The position numbers were made by a program, and so were the translations under genes. Below, piece after piece: positions 1-16,191 of a stretch of 64,000 nt of DNA. The first letter of the stretch is position 1. Each line of letters begins with the position of its first letter. This DNA comes from Lytechinus pictus. Taxonomy: Eukaryota. The stretch is from NCBI RefSeq assembly GCF_037042905.1, contig NC_087263.1, positions 9,922,001 through 9,986,000 of the forward strand, in the 5' to 3' direction. The notes beneath the pieces are model-generated. The model was not told the origin of the DNA. It did not search any database and saw only the letters and a program-made list of their open reading frames with translations.

Positions 1-387
1 TTTGAAAAAAATAAACAAAAAATCGAAAAACATAGAAACACATAAAATATTTAGCAAACAATAAAGTACATAAGAAAATAAATGTGATGTTGACATATTT
101 TTTTTTATCAGATGCCTATAAAGAGTATGTGAAACAAAAATTACCATTTTGGGGCATTACTTTGTGAATTAAAGCAAACTTATGATTTTACGCATAAATT
201 AGCATAATTAATGAAGCATTAGATTTTTCGCAAAATTTCATATTAAAGTTTTGAAGATAATGCCATGGGTAACGCGCGTGCCAATTTTCGTTGCGCTCGC
301 GCGATCGACGGTCGAGATCACAAGGGGGGGGGGGGTGAATCAGCCCCCAGTCTTCTTGGGCGTCGAAATAGCCCAGTTTATTTAGGG
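1..387. mobile_element. Right end of a piggyBac-like non-autonomous element in the intron upstream of exon 447
   Basis: Ends ...AGGG followed by TTAA (388-391). Homology to copy 2 starts right after it, and the paralogous position (~38998-39001) has a single TTAA. Confidence 0.5.
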
Positions 388-446
388 TTAACATACAACT
401 ACACAATGCCATACTTGAACATGATCTTTTTATGTTTTACCAACAG

Positions 447-2148
447 AACCCCTTGCGAACTCTGAGAGAGATACCTTACCCCGACATTTTGAAGACAACT
501 ATTCGCTCTACGCGGTAAGAGCCTGTGGTTTGAAGTTATAACACCTTATCTTACATTTCTTACGAATACCTTCTATCCTTTTAAAGATATTCACCTCAGA
601 AATTGAAAATAATCCCAATCTGTGCAAAACATATTATGTTTCTTATCATGTTTCAGTGTGTCTTGTGTCTCCAGACAAAAAACACAACATGGATGTGGGG
701 TACCAGCTACGGACGATTTTCCTGTCACCAGCATGACCAATGAAAACGAGGCAGGAGATCTAAAACCGGGAATAAAGGTAACCCTTCACAGGACTACCGG
801 GAATGGAACAGCCACAGAGGTTCGGATGTTGCTTTGTTCGTTGGGATCCAATGCAAATTTTAAAAAATCAAGGGCATGTCCCCCAAAATCTATGCCCCTG
901 TTTTTGTATTTGGAACAAAAGGTGCATTTATGCATCATCTGCCTTAGCAGTGTTGGTTTAGTGTTAAGTTTTGTCTTGATCGAAATAGTTTGATCGAGGA
1001 TTTTGAATTATCTTATGTTCCTGTTCCATTTCATTATTGCAGATTTATCAGTAACATGGATCAATATTGTTCATTATCTTTTTTCTCTCTGATTTTTTTT
1101 ACGTCTCTCGATTCTTTACCATGAACTAAATCATATAGCGTTTGACTTTCAAAGTACCAGATTATTTAGAAAAGAAGACGACGTACGAAAAAAGTGTAAT
1201 TTAAATGGCCCTCCGAATCCACGACATGACTAATTCTCGTATACTATCATATCTTTCTTACAGAGCAAACGTCGAAACACTGATAATTGTTTTTCGACCC
1301 TGACTGTCCTCCATCGGGCTATTCTAGCTTTGGTCTTCTACTTTGCCTTTTTTCCAATACTCGTAGCAGGCAACTTAAGGCTGACCGACCCGGTTACGTT
1401 GGAAGTAGGTACACGTGGCGTAGTTACATTCCATCTCCAGCGACCATCCAATACACTGCAGTTTTCTCTTTATTACAAGATTCAGTTCGAATCGAAACGT
1501 CGTCCATTCTGCATCGATGGACAATATGATCCTGATGGCTTTAAAGATCCCTCTCAAGAATCAAGATTTACCACCACTATTATAAACAGAAATACATCTC
1601 CCAGTGTGAAAATGAGAATAGATGACGTTGATTACCGAGACGAAGGTCGGTACATACTCGAGGCTGTGTGGCATAGTGGGGAGAACATTCTGTATGATAC
1701 TCAGAAGAAGAAGGTTATAGTACAGCGTTCCCCCGGTCCAGCAGATTGCTTCATCACTTCGAGTGATAGTGAGCATCCAAAAGAAGTACATTGTCGGGCC
1801 AAGACTGGAAGTATGCCAACAACATTTACGTGCTACCAGAACGACCGGGATCTCGAAGTACATAGCATTACACATAATGGGCACACCACCAGAGGTATAT
1901 TCTTCCTACCCGATACGACACATTTCTCCTGCTGTTCACATGGCATAAAATCCACTGTAGGTGCTGCAAAGTGCAGTCACTTTCAGTGGTCCCCTGGTCA
2001 TTCTGGTATTCCCAGCACAGATCCGATACCTAAAACCAAAAGAAAGTCTAATGTAGGGTCTGGAGCTTGTCGATCATCCATGATTCCATCACATTGGCAC
2101 TTTATATACCTGTTCTTGTATCTTTTTGCACTTTTCATCATGTGCTAG
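447..2148 (+). CDS. 3' exons (447-514, 657-777, 1264-2148) of a putative ankyrin-TM-Ig-like-GPI protein, copy 1; 5' part lies outside the window
   Basis: Canonical sites ccaacag|447, 514|gtaaga, tttcag|657, 777|gtaacc, cttacag|1264. Phases 0/2/0 give one open frame: NPLRTLREIPYPDILKTTIRSTR-VSCVSRQK...AGDLKPGIK-SKRRNTDNCFSTLTVLHRAILALVFYFAFFPILVAG. Then an Ig V-like domain (VTLEVG, MRIDDV, DEGRY), a 6-Cys domain, GSGA and a hydrophobic terminus. All three exons have homologues at 37160-38940. Confidence 0.8.
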
Positions 2149-3378
2149 TCATGAATTGCTCAATTGCTATGTCACTGCAGACTTCAGTCAGGAAAGGTTT
2201 CAACTTAACTTTATTTCAATGAAACAGTCCCATGCTTGCCTTCATACAATGAGCAAGTGGATTATATCATATTCCCTTTCATTCGTATTTTATTGTATGA
2301 AATTATATTCATTCACCCATTTTTTCCTCCAAGAATTAAACAATGAAAATCACCCTGTAAAAAGCCATGGAGTGACAGCATTTCTTATAAGGAAGGAAAA
2401 TACTGTCCTCGATCGGCCCCTTTCCACCTTTTCGCCAACTGCGTATTTTAGAGTGTACTGATTTAATTTGTAAGTTAGTCATTGTTGAAACTTATTTTGT
2501 TTATAGACATATCATACACACAGGTATGGAAATATCAAGTACTTAGTATTTCATGTAATAACATGAGTAAAATGGAAGTGGGGACATGACATTATCAGCT
2601 TTCCTATTGCATTGCGGTGTGCGTATACCTGTTTTCTTACAAAATATTGCTTCACATTAAAATTCAATATTTTCATTATTTGATGACATTTTCGGCGATT
2701 AGCTCAGTGATCATGAATTTATCTCAATTTATTCAGTTAGCAATATTTTCAGTCTGGAGGAGGCAAACGTTTGTTATGGTGAGTTGAGAAATTTCATATT
2801 CGCATCTCAATCGCATCACATTCTCTGCAATGTAGTATCTCGTAGTAGAAATAGTTAAAAATTTGACTATTAAACAAGATGTAACTTTGTTTTGTTTGCT
2901 GATAGTTCACAATTGGTGTGAAAGACGGATAATATATTTTAGTATTTAATCCAAGACATTATCGCATATGATGTATATTATTAATTTCATACTTCATTGA
3001 GTACCTTGTTTTGCTCAAATGTAACGAATATTTTGGTGGAGGGAACCTAGAACATAGATGTATAGTGTGATGGTAGGATTGTCACATGAAATATAACATA
3101 ATTATAAACATTTTGCTGAAACACTTAATGTTTTATTCACGTGATGCTATATATATGTAAATACAGTATATTAATTCGTACATGAAGTCTTCCTGTTTTG
3201 TTTGAAAATAACGTGTCCTAAACACATTGTATAGATACTATGAAGATATACACCAACAGGTGGATTACCGTAGGCGTCATGAAAGCCTTTTCAACAAAGA
3301 ACTATATTCTGCCGCGGTATCTTTCCTTTTCAAGGAAATATTTGATATACTTGTTTTCTCACATACTAGTAATTCGCT

Positions 3379-3790
3379 TAGAGAGCGGTGTTGGCTCAGT
3401 CGGTAACGCCTCTGCCCGTCGAACCAAAGATCGTGGGTTCGAGTCCACCCCGGGCGGATGACTGAAGCCACTGCGTTGTGTGTAAACCTGTAAACGTCTC
3501 TCCCATGTTTCATAGATGCAGGCTATGTTACAATGGAATACACTCCGTCCCTCGGATAGGACGTTAAATTGAGGCCCCGTGTAGAGGAGAGTAACCACCT
3601 TTGCACGTTAAGAACCCACTTCACTATTCGTATAAGAGTAGGGGGAAACCCCGGTGTAGTGGTCCACCTGCATTCACTCAATCAGTTATATCGGGAGGAG
3701 AGACCTGCGGGTCATAGTGATTCAGTTTGCTTTTCGCCTCCCAGGCACAGGTGACGCCAAACAAATAATAATAATAATAATAATAATAAA
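3379..3790 (+). mobile_element. tRNA-derived SINE with Deu-like central domain
   Basis: A box TGGCTCAGTCGG, B box GGTTCGAGTCC, central CCGTCCCTCGGATAGGACGTTAAA...GCACGTTAAGAACCC...AAGAGTAGGGG resembling the DeuSINE domain, (AAT)n tail. Empty site visible in the adjacent duplicate at ~4001-4030. Confidence 0.85.
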
Positions 3791-6281
3791 TCACTTCGCG
3801 TCAAACTTTGATAGGCCTATAAGTGTGTAATATATATATATATATATATCAAATGTGAATGTAATTTTGATAATTAAAAATTTATATTCAGATCGATATT
3901 TTTTAGGCGTAATGAAAACCTTTTCAACAAAGAACTTTATTCTGCCGCAGAATTTTTCCTTTTCAAGGAAATATTTGATATACTTATTTTCTCGCATACT
4001 AGTAATTCGCTTCACTTCGCGTCAAACTTTGATAGGCCTGTAAGTGTGTAATATATATATCAAATGTGAATATAATTTTGATGATTTATTTGTACAAATT
4101 TATATCCAGATCGGTACTTTGTTTGAAAACACTACACACCAGAGGGGTTTTGGAAAAGAGGGAATTTGCAAGACCTTTAAAAATAACATTTTATCCTCAT
4201 GTACATGCATGGTATGTAAATTTTGTTGAAGCTGTGCCTAAAAAAATATGTGAATGTAATAGTCATTTCAGTGTTTTTAATGTGTATGTGTATATATATA
4301 ATAATAACCATTCAAATATCCATGGTAATATTTTGCCGATATATGAAAATGTGAATTTTCGATTTTCGATTGTCTCGATATTTAAGTAAATGATTGTCTG
4401 ATTGTACTTACTGTTTGATGTAGGAGATTAACTTCTTGTAGAGTAGTAAAACGCCTATATCTATCCAATTTGGTTACGATACAGGGTTCTCGATATATTC
4501 GAAAAAGAAAAGCTCTAATTGTGCTTATTAGCGTAAATTAATTGTTCTTTAGTATTACTTGCATTTTTATATTCGTATACCATGTAAACGCCAAAACATG
4601 ATTTTCCGGAATTATTATTTTTTTCATTCTTGTATTAAGAATTATACGGGAAACTAAATGTAAAATATTTTTTAGATGTGGCGTGCACGAATTTCATGTA
4701 GAATAATATTGTTTGAGAATTGCTTATTTTCGTGTTTTCTTTACTAAATTGGAAAATATATATTTGTCAATTGCCAGGTTAAGGTTTGCTTAAAAACTTT
4801 ACTCAAATTTATGTTTAAATAATCATAAAATTGATCACGTTGTAATCAGAATTTATCACCTCAATTTATTTGTGTGTTTATCGTCATACTCAGATGTCTA
4901 CATGATGCGAAGTTGATTCTTTGTTTTGAAGAAAGTTGATATTCGATATTGTTTGAGAGGAAATCAAAGTGTGAGCATTTGCAAGACCTGCCAAAATTTA
5001 ATTTTACCAACAATTAGATGTAAATAGATTTTAGATGTGGCGTGTACGAATTTCATGCGGAATAATATAGTTTGAGAATTGCTTATTTTCGCCGTGTTTT
5101 ATTTACTTAATTGGAAAATATACTGTATATCTGTCAATTGCCACTCAAATGCTTCTTTTAAATATTTAAAAACTTACCTAAAAATTATCTTCAAATGATC
5201 ATAAAAAAATTATCGCATTGTAATCGATATTTCTCACATCCATTTACTCATATTTTATTCGCCATACTCAGATATGTACATAGTGGGAAGCTATGATTCC
5301 TTGTTTTGAAGAAAGCTGATAGATGAAATGAACGTGACTGTGAAAAATGTAAGAGACCAACTTGTTTAGATTCAAGATTCAAGAATCTTATTTAATTTCC
5401 ATCATATACATTAAATAGATGTGAAATGCACGAATTGCACGGAGAATAAAAACAATTGAAGAATAGCTTTCTTTCTTGTTTTCTTTCCTGAATGGAGAAA
5501 TATATTTTTGTCAATTACACTGTAAAAAAAATATGATTCAGTAGTTAATACTTAATGAATATAAGTAGAATTTATAATTTGTAATTATTTTTCATTTTTT
5601 AAAGTAGTTTTAACTTGTCTTTTAATTTACTTGATTTATTTGGGTTCAATATACATTTAAGAAAATTCACTTATTGCTGGCTTGCTTTGATTGAGTAAAT
5701 CTAACTCTATTAGGCTAAGATGATTATTACTTATAAATCCTTGTTGAATGTACTTATATTTTTCAATTAACGCCTTGTTTAAATAATACTGTAAATAACA
5801 TGAATATTCATTAGACATGTTACAGCAAGGAAATGTTTGGAGTTTTTTAATAACTGTCATATCTATTTGTGTTTGATTTTTTGTTCGGATAAGGGTGTGC
5901 TAACTATTTTATTATTTTCTTGAATCAAAGAAAGAGCATCATTAAATAGTCATTTAGCAGAGAATTTCAGATGTCTTTTTAGGTTTTCGGAAAATGATTA
6001 TATTGTTCTCACTGTTTTATCTGTAAGAATGAAACGATCGCGTATAAATATCAATGTAAGTACATATATATGTAACAGGTAAGTGAAAATGCACAAAGTC
6101 TAATATTTGGATAAAAAATGTCTAAGATGAAAATGATGCCACTAAAGTAAAAGTGGGACGATGGGGGAGCGGACTTTCGAATAACGAAAGTCCACTCCCC
6201 CATTTGATTTTTCAAACATTTTAGTGATTGTTTTACTAAATTGAATTAAGTTATTGTAACTTAATTTTCTTGAGTGAAATG

Positions 6282-9200
<2,919 letters not shown>

Positions 9201-10331
9201 ATGGATGCAAAGAAAATGAGTAAAGTTTACTTAAAACTGCCAAATTCATAATACTTAAAAAAATTAAGGCAATCTGTTGAAACAATTTTATTGAGTAATT
9301 TCAACAATTTTTTTTTACAGTGTATTAAATATAGGCTTGCTCGATTCAAAATCATATTTCAACAAGAAATGATCATAAAGAACTGATGAGGTTGTAACTT
9401 GTCTTTTATCATTTCCATTTACTGATTTGTTTTCATACTCAGATGTGTACATAATTCGAAGCTTTCATTCTTTGTTTTAAAGACAACTCATTTGTTCATT
9501 GTTTTCATAGTTTAGAGGAAGTTATAGTGTGACAATTTGTAAGAGCTGTGAAAATATTAATATCTTCATATGTATTCTTTATATGATGTGCTGTTTCTGT
9601 TAATACTTAACATGCACTTGAGTAGGATGTGTCAAACTGAACGAGGCAAATGTTATGAATACATTTATCCTTTACTTATAAACGACCTTATAAACAATTA
9701 TTGTTCTAGTTACCTACATAACTCAATATATACATCATGAACCAATACTTTGTGATGATTCCCTTATTAAGCATTTTATGTATGTCCAAGGACGGTAAAA
9801 TGTAACATTCCTTGGTGGGAAGTGGCCTGTCAACGTAATGTACAGTATGAGCTGAACATTTTCTGGTTTATAAAATGAATCATACTTTATATTGTCAGCT
9901 ACTTTTACTTAACAAAAGTCCATAATTTTGGTGAAAAATGTTATAAAAAAAACTAACATTATAACTGTAATTCTACTACTGAATTTAGAAATAATTTTTT
10001 GGTAATTATCAATGAAAGGTTTGCGTAAAACCTATAAAATAATTATCGTAATAAGTGGTCAGATTCCAATCTGTATTTCCTTTTTTCTCATTCTCAGATG
10101 TGTACATAATGCGGAGCTTTGATTACTTTGTACATTGTTTTAGAGGAATATATATTGTGAACATTTTGCAAGAGCTGTAAAAAATAAAGTTTTCTGCACG
10201 CGTGGTAAATATGCTATGATATGCTGTCGCTGTTAATATTTAACATTACTTACGTAGGGTCTGTAAAATGAACAAGGGAAACGTTATAAATAATTTTATT
10301 TTTCATACTCATTAACCAGATGACCAATTTA

Positions 10332-10539
10332 CACTCTAAATAGCAGGGATTTAAAATAAATCCAGATGGTCTGTAGTTCGGGACCAAGCGAATTTTGGAT
10401 GTGGTGTGAATCCTCGAGAGAATTTAAATCCTTTGAGATTAAAAAAATAAATCTGAATGATTCAAACTTAATCCAGAATTCGATTGGTCCCCAAGTACAG
10501 TCCATCTGGGTTTATTTTAGATCCCTTCGATTTGGAGGC
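10332..10539. mobile_element. Palindromic MITE, CACTCTAAA (EnSpm-like) type
   Basis: Imperfect inverted arms gggatttaaaataaatccagatgg / ccatctgggtttattttagatccc; TA flanks. Confidence 0.6.
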
Positions 10540-13184
10540 TAGAATTGTTCTTATATACATAACTCATTATTTACATAAGTCAATACTTAATGATGATCCC
10601 CTTAAGCATTTAAGCTTATTCGGTAGTGGTTGACCTGTCAACAGATGCGAGCCGAATATTATTTTTTTATATACTTACTTATACTTTATATTTTATGCTA
10701 TATTCACTTACAATTATCCACAATTTTAGTGTAAACTATTATGGAAAAGCGAAAAGGTGATTATACAACTATGATATCAGTCTACCAGAAGTTATGGTGT
10801 ATATATACAATTACCATTATATTCGTTCATAATATTATAAGTGGAATTTACCTTGCAAATGACTTTAATATTTATGTCATTAAGATTAATATTGTATTTG
10901 TACACAAAATACAGATTTCCTTTTCCTTTGATTGGTTTAGGGATATGTTTTATAGTCGCGTAGGCCCTACTATTATTTAGTTATGGATTTTTTTTTTATA
11001 ACAAAATCTTATTAGATGTAGGTCTCAAGAGCCTAAAACATTTCCCATAGACTCGTTATATATATATATATATATATAAAAGAATGAAATTCGAGGGTCA
11101 AATGTTTTAATACCAGTGGATAGGATATACTGTATATCTGACATTCTATATCTGATCAGAAAAGGGAACCCCGACGTGCTCATTTTAAAAATAATTCAGC
11201 ATTTATGAAGACTGCTCCTGAGTGGCGCAAATATTTACTGATACAAACAACAATAACAATAGCAACAACAACAACAAAAAAACAAATTCATCGCGTGAGA
11301 CAGCAAAATGGCCATTATTCTTCCGCCAGTCAAAATAGTTCCATGACAATTGGTGATATAACTTCCCAATTTGGAAAAAAGGGAAGTTCAGTAGTTACCC
11401 TACCTAAAAAGGGCATATTTCATTTGGAAATAAAAATCCTACAGGGATTTTTTTTTTTTGGGGGGGGGGGGGGGGCAAGAGAGCACAAAACGCAAGCTAA
11501 AATTTTTAAATGCTTAAACTGAAAATGAGTCATTTTTAGGACTCTTGTCAGCTTTCATATTTTTTTTTCTGCTTACAACCACTTTTAAATTTCAATTCTC
11601 ATTTCTTGTATCTTCTACACTTATTTTACCTTAAAAAAACAGAATAAAGAATACTAACAAAATAAAGTTATATTCAAAAGGATATAAAGTAAATAGGGCG
11701 CACCCCATACCCTTAGTTGGGAGAGGGTAAATCTTAATTATTTTTTTAAACAGTTGATCAATCATTAATTATTAATACCTGTTGATAATATTAATAATAA
11801 TTAATTATTCAATTACTTTTTTGTATTAATCATTATTTCTTGAAACCATATTGACACAAAAACATATACGTTGTTTATTTCCTTGAAACTGTAGAGAAAT
11901 GAAATTCACTGTTGAACGATATATGATTAAAAAGAAGTAAACATTTTCCCCCTCTGTTTTGTCAATCTGACCCAAAACAAATATACAATTTAGAAAAGAG
12001 ATAGAGAGAAGAAGACGTTCCACCACCAAGAATACACTTAGATAAGGGGGGGGGGAGGGAAAGGAAAAGATGGAGTAAATGTGATATTATTTTTTAAACA
12101 ATCTATCGCAAAATTAGCTTTTCCTATAGAAAGAGGGGGACAAATTTTGTTCACTCGCTCGCTTCAATCGCTTTCTTCTTTTTTTTGACAGAAATTTTGC
12201 TCTATATGCCATGCTTGGCCCCTCAAAGTTTCTGGCTCATCATGCCATTGACATAACCCATTTGGATATGACAAAATTGAAGACTGTGTTAAAGTTTACC
12301 AAATATTTTCAGAATATCATGAAGACTTAAAACATTCTTATTGGCCAAAGAAAATAATACAAGGAAAATCCTAATGGAATAGAAATCAACCTTGTTATCG
12401 TGCTTTAGAGTTAGCTATGTTTAAAGTATGAATATTGTTGTCATTAATGGCAGCTAGTTTGATAAGTGTTTAAGAATTTGATATATATAAGGCATATGTA
12501 ACTATGTAAGAGTACCGGTAATTTGACGATGCTAATATTCATTCTGAGCAACTGAACGTGAATGCTTACGACCAGCACTGGTCGAGGCGAGTCCACGCGC
12601 ATGCGTACTCTTAATCCGAAGACGCAAGTCATGAATATTCATATGTTGGTCCAGAACTCGGTGGGAAAAATAATTTCGCGTCCCGGGAAGGGTTTGTCGG
12701 GACGCCGGGACAAAGGAGCAAAATACGGGACGATCCCGGGAAATACGGGACGTCTGGTCACCCTGGAAATATTTGACAAGAGGTAGTGGCCTTTTTGTGC
12801 AATTTTTGACATGTGGAATATTTCATATATACTGACCAGGATATGCATATAATTATCTGGTATGTGAAAATAAGCGAAATTTAGTGCCACAACTTTTTAA
12901 ATGGAATTACCATTGCTATGTTTTTCTGATCTCTGCTCTAATTAGTAAACTTGTTAGAGTTGAATTTGTTTATCCATCACCCCTTCCTTTATGTAAAGGT
13001 GTATTGATGTATAAGCACATGTCGTGCAACATCCATGCTCTTCCAAATTAAATTTCATAAGAATTCAAATTATATTGTGCCCATTTTTATATACACTGTA
13101 CTTAGTAGATATTTCATGGCTGAGCACACGAAGTTTCCTCAAACTTCTATCCAATTTTTCACCCTGAATGTGTGATTGAACAGT

Positions 13185-13745
13185 ATGAGAGGGAGGGAAG
13201 GGAATATTTACTCAAAATTTATATAGAGAAAGTTGAAATGAGAAAGGCAAAATGGTAAAGATTCAGCCGGAGAGAAAAAAAAGAAACAGACGATCAACGA
13301 GAAGAGATGGAAAGAAGAGGAAGATCAAAGAGAGAGAGGGAGAGAAAGGGGGGAAATGACGAGGAATGAGAAAGAGGTGAGGAGAGAAAGGCGAGACGAG
13401 AGGGAGATAAGAGGGCTTGATATAAGGGAGATGGGGAAATAAAAGAGAGATATAAGGGGGATATATAGAAAGGGAAGGTAAGAGAGAGAGAGATGAGAAA
13501 GAAGAGGAAAATCAGAGAGAAAGAAGCCAAAGAAAAAGGAAAAATAATAAAGAGGGAGATCGAGATGATATAAAGGGGAGAAATAAGAGAAAGAGGGGCA
13601 TGAAAGTAGAAATGGAAGAAATAGAAGGGATGGAGAAAAGGGAGGATAAGAGAGATGGACAGAAGAGGAAAATCAGAGAAAATTAGATGAGATGAATAGT
13701 TGAATGAGAAGGGAGGTTAAAAAAAAAAAGCTAGAGAAAAGGAAC
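13185..13745. repeat. Purine-rich (GA) low-complexity tract
   Basis: About 550 bp of mostly A/G on the plus strand. Confidence 0.9.
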
Positions 13746-14864
13746 ATGATTTCTAATCGTTAAAAAATATTTTTTTAATGCAACCAGCTTGTAGGCCTTT
13801 ATTGTTCAGACAAATTGTAGGCCTACCCAGAAAGCAAATTTGTTGTTGGGCCTTTCTTTGTCATAGTGTGCGCGTGAAAAGGGTCGAGTTTTTATGATTT
13901 CATGTCTGTATATTTACTCCCCTTTAATACAAAAATGTGACTAAATCAACATTTTCAGTTATGAAAGTATTCAATAACATATATTTCATGATGTAACAAA
14001 GCAAACTGATACTTTAAACAGCACAAGGAACACTTTCTTTGCGTTCCTTTATCCCATCTGCCTTCACGCAGCATTTGTCGACTAGCCAGTATTGACCTAG
14101 CAAAATGGCGGCGCGCTCAGTCGAGCGTGAAGTCCGATGCTCTTCGTTGCCGCACGGCTTTGTGTACGTTGGGAATAGGGACACGTATTCCACGTATCTC
14201 TAGTTCAGTGGCAGAAACGAGTAGGTGAAAGCTCACAAAGTAAAAAGTATGTTGATTGCAAAAAGAAAATTAAATTTGTTTATTTCAGTTTTACCAATCA
14301 GATGAACCTCTTTAAGAACACGTGCACTATTGAGATTCTTTGACAAATATAGTTATTAAATGATTTAAAAACATTTTACATAACATTTGTGACAATGTAT
14401 GTGTAACATAAATTATGGTTTCACGACCCTCGGATTGAAAGACGAGAGTCGTATTCACTAAACCACGGTAAATTGCCAATTCATCTTCTGCCAACTCTTC
14501 CACCCACCACACGGTCTACTTTCATTTAGTCTAATGCCATTCCGTCCATCAACATTTCGTATAACAACCATTGGGCCCAATCAACACTTCGTTTAGTAAT
14601 GATTTTGTCTATGACCATCTCGTTTCATAACCAGGTGTAATATCCATTTCATTTTCATTCATTTCGCACAAATAGTATAATGAATAAATGGCTGTTGGAC
14701 CAACGGGTTATTAGACGTAATGGCATTAGACTAAATGAAAGTAGATCATGTGGTGAGTGGACGAAATGATGGTAGACCGAACGATAGTAGACGAGTTGGC
14801 AATTGGATGAATTTGTATGAGACGAATTGGAAATAAACACGACCCTGAAGATCCTATATTTATA

Positions 14865-16190
14865 TGTTTATTTATTTATGTATGGATATATATAGGCGTA
14901 AAATAATCCAGGCATTGACGCTAGACGTAGCTTCCACGGTATCTCATTTATTAGCTTTCGGCCGGTAGGCCTTCATCAGGCCTATAATGTATTGAAAAAA
15001 ACAAAATAGAACAAAGCCATACAAATAAAATCGTAATAACAACAAAGTAATTAAAGGGTAACAAAGGGTACGGAACAAAAGGATAACAGTAAGATAACAA
15101 AACAATAACAACAGAGGGGGTTGAGTACAGAACAGAAGGATTACAGTAAGATAACAAAACATAACAACAGAGGGGGTAATGACTTAAACGAGATGGTTGA
15201 GTACAATAGAAACGATTTGGTAACTTAAGTTGCGTAGAAAGACAAGGTATTTACCGGCAATGAGATTAACTTGGGTTTCTGTGCATCTGGAGGGGTAATT
15301 GGTATTGTGTAGTAAGTACTGTGAATAAAATAGGGGATAATGTTTCATGTAAAAATAACAACTCGTTTCAGTATTATTCTATATTTCATATTTGAGTACA
15401 TAACTTTATTGATATTTTACATAGCATTCAAGTAAGTGGTGGTACAAGTTATAGTTTGAGAGTTCGACATTAAAAAGGTACATTGTCATCCGCGGGGAAA
15501 TATATACGTATAATTAATATTGATGTTTGAGCGGTAAGCAACATAATAAACATAATGAACACGATAAACATACATCCATAAAGAGCAAAGAAATCGTAAC
15601 AATCAATCAAATAATCAGATATGATCAAGTAATCAAGATAATAAGCATACCAAACTGTATAGGGGTAAAGAGACGTAGCTATAAAACTATATGAATGTTG
15701 TGGCCTGTTGGTACCAGTAAAACTGTTAAAAAAAACAATGAAATGGGTCGAAAAGATATGTAAAAAGGTTCAATAACTACCAAACATATTAATGTATGTA
15801 TATACTGTATATGTATATATTACACAAAATCAGATATATTAAATACAGAAGTAGTTACCTAATATCTCAGTGCCGGAGAGAGTGTGAATGTAAGAGGTCA
15901 AGTGAAGGGAATGTGTGTGTGTGTGTGTGCGTGTGTGGGGGAACGCAATGGGTCATTGGTTCTAATTGTCAACATTGATTCCATTTGGGGCAAGGGTGCG
16001 TAGAGTGGCGATCCAGTATGATTCTCGGTGTAAGATAAATTGAGCGGTATTTGTTGTCTATCTGTTCTCTTGCCATGATTGAAACATCGTTAAAAGAATG
16101 GTGAGGGAGTTTAAAGTGGAGGACATAGGGGATGATCGTAGTGTTGTGATTGGTGGTGGGGTTGTAATTGCAGATTTCTGATCTGGTGTT
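14865..16190 (-). mobile_element. Penelope-like element 3' end (GIY-YIG C-terminus plus pseudo-LTR)
   Basis: 15962-16190 encodes TRSEI...PYVLHFKLPHHSFNDVSIMAREQ and, after a frameshift, RESYWIATLRTLAPNGINVDN*, the typical end of a Penelope GIY-YIG domain. Hammerhead-like core downstream. Confidence 0.8.
14922..14984 (-). ncRNA. Hammerhead ribozyme-like motif (type I) in the Penelope pseudo-LTR
   Basis: taggc-CTGATGA-a-ggcc-tacc-ggcc-GAAA-gct...agc-TA-c-gtcta. Second copy on plus at ~19606-19672 has GAAG instead of GAAA. Confidence 0.55.
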
Positions 16191-16191
16191 A

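Noticed and set aside
622..993. 123-aa standalone ORF
   Set aside because: Only 657-777 is exon; the rest is intron read-through, and the paralogue stops early.
3381..3460. tRNA gene
   Set aside because: A/B boxes run on into a SINE body and AAT tail, and the empty site exists next door.
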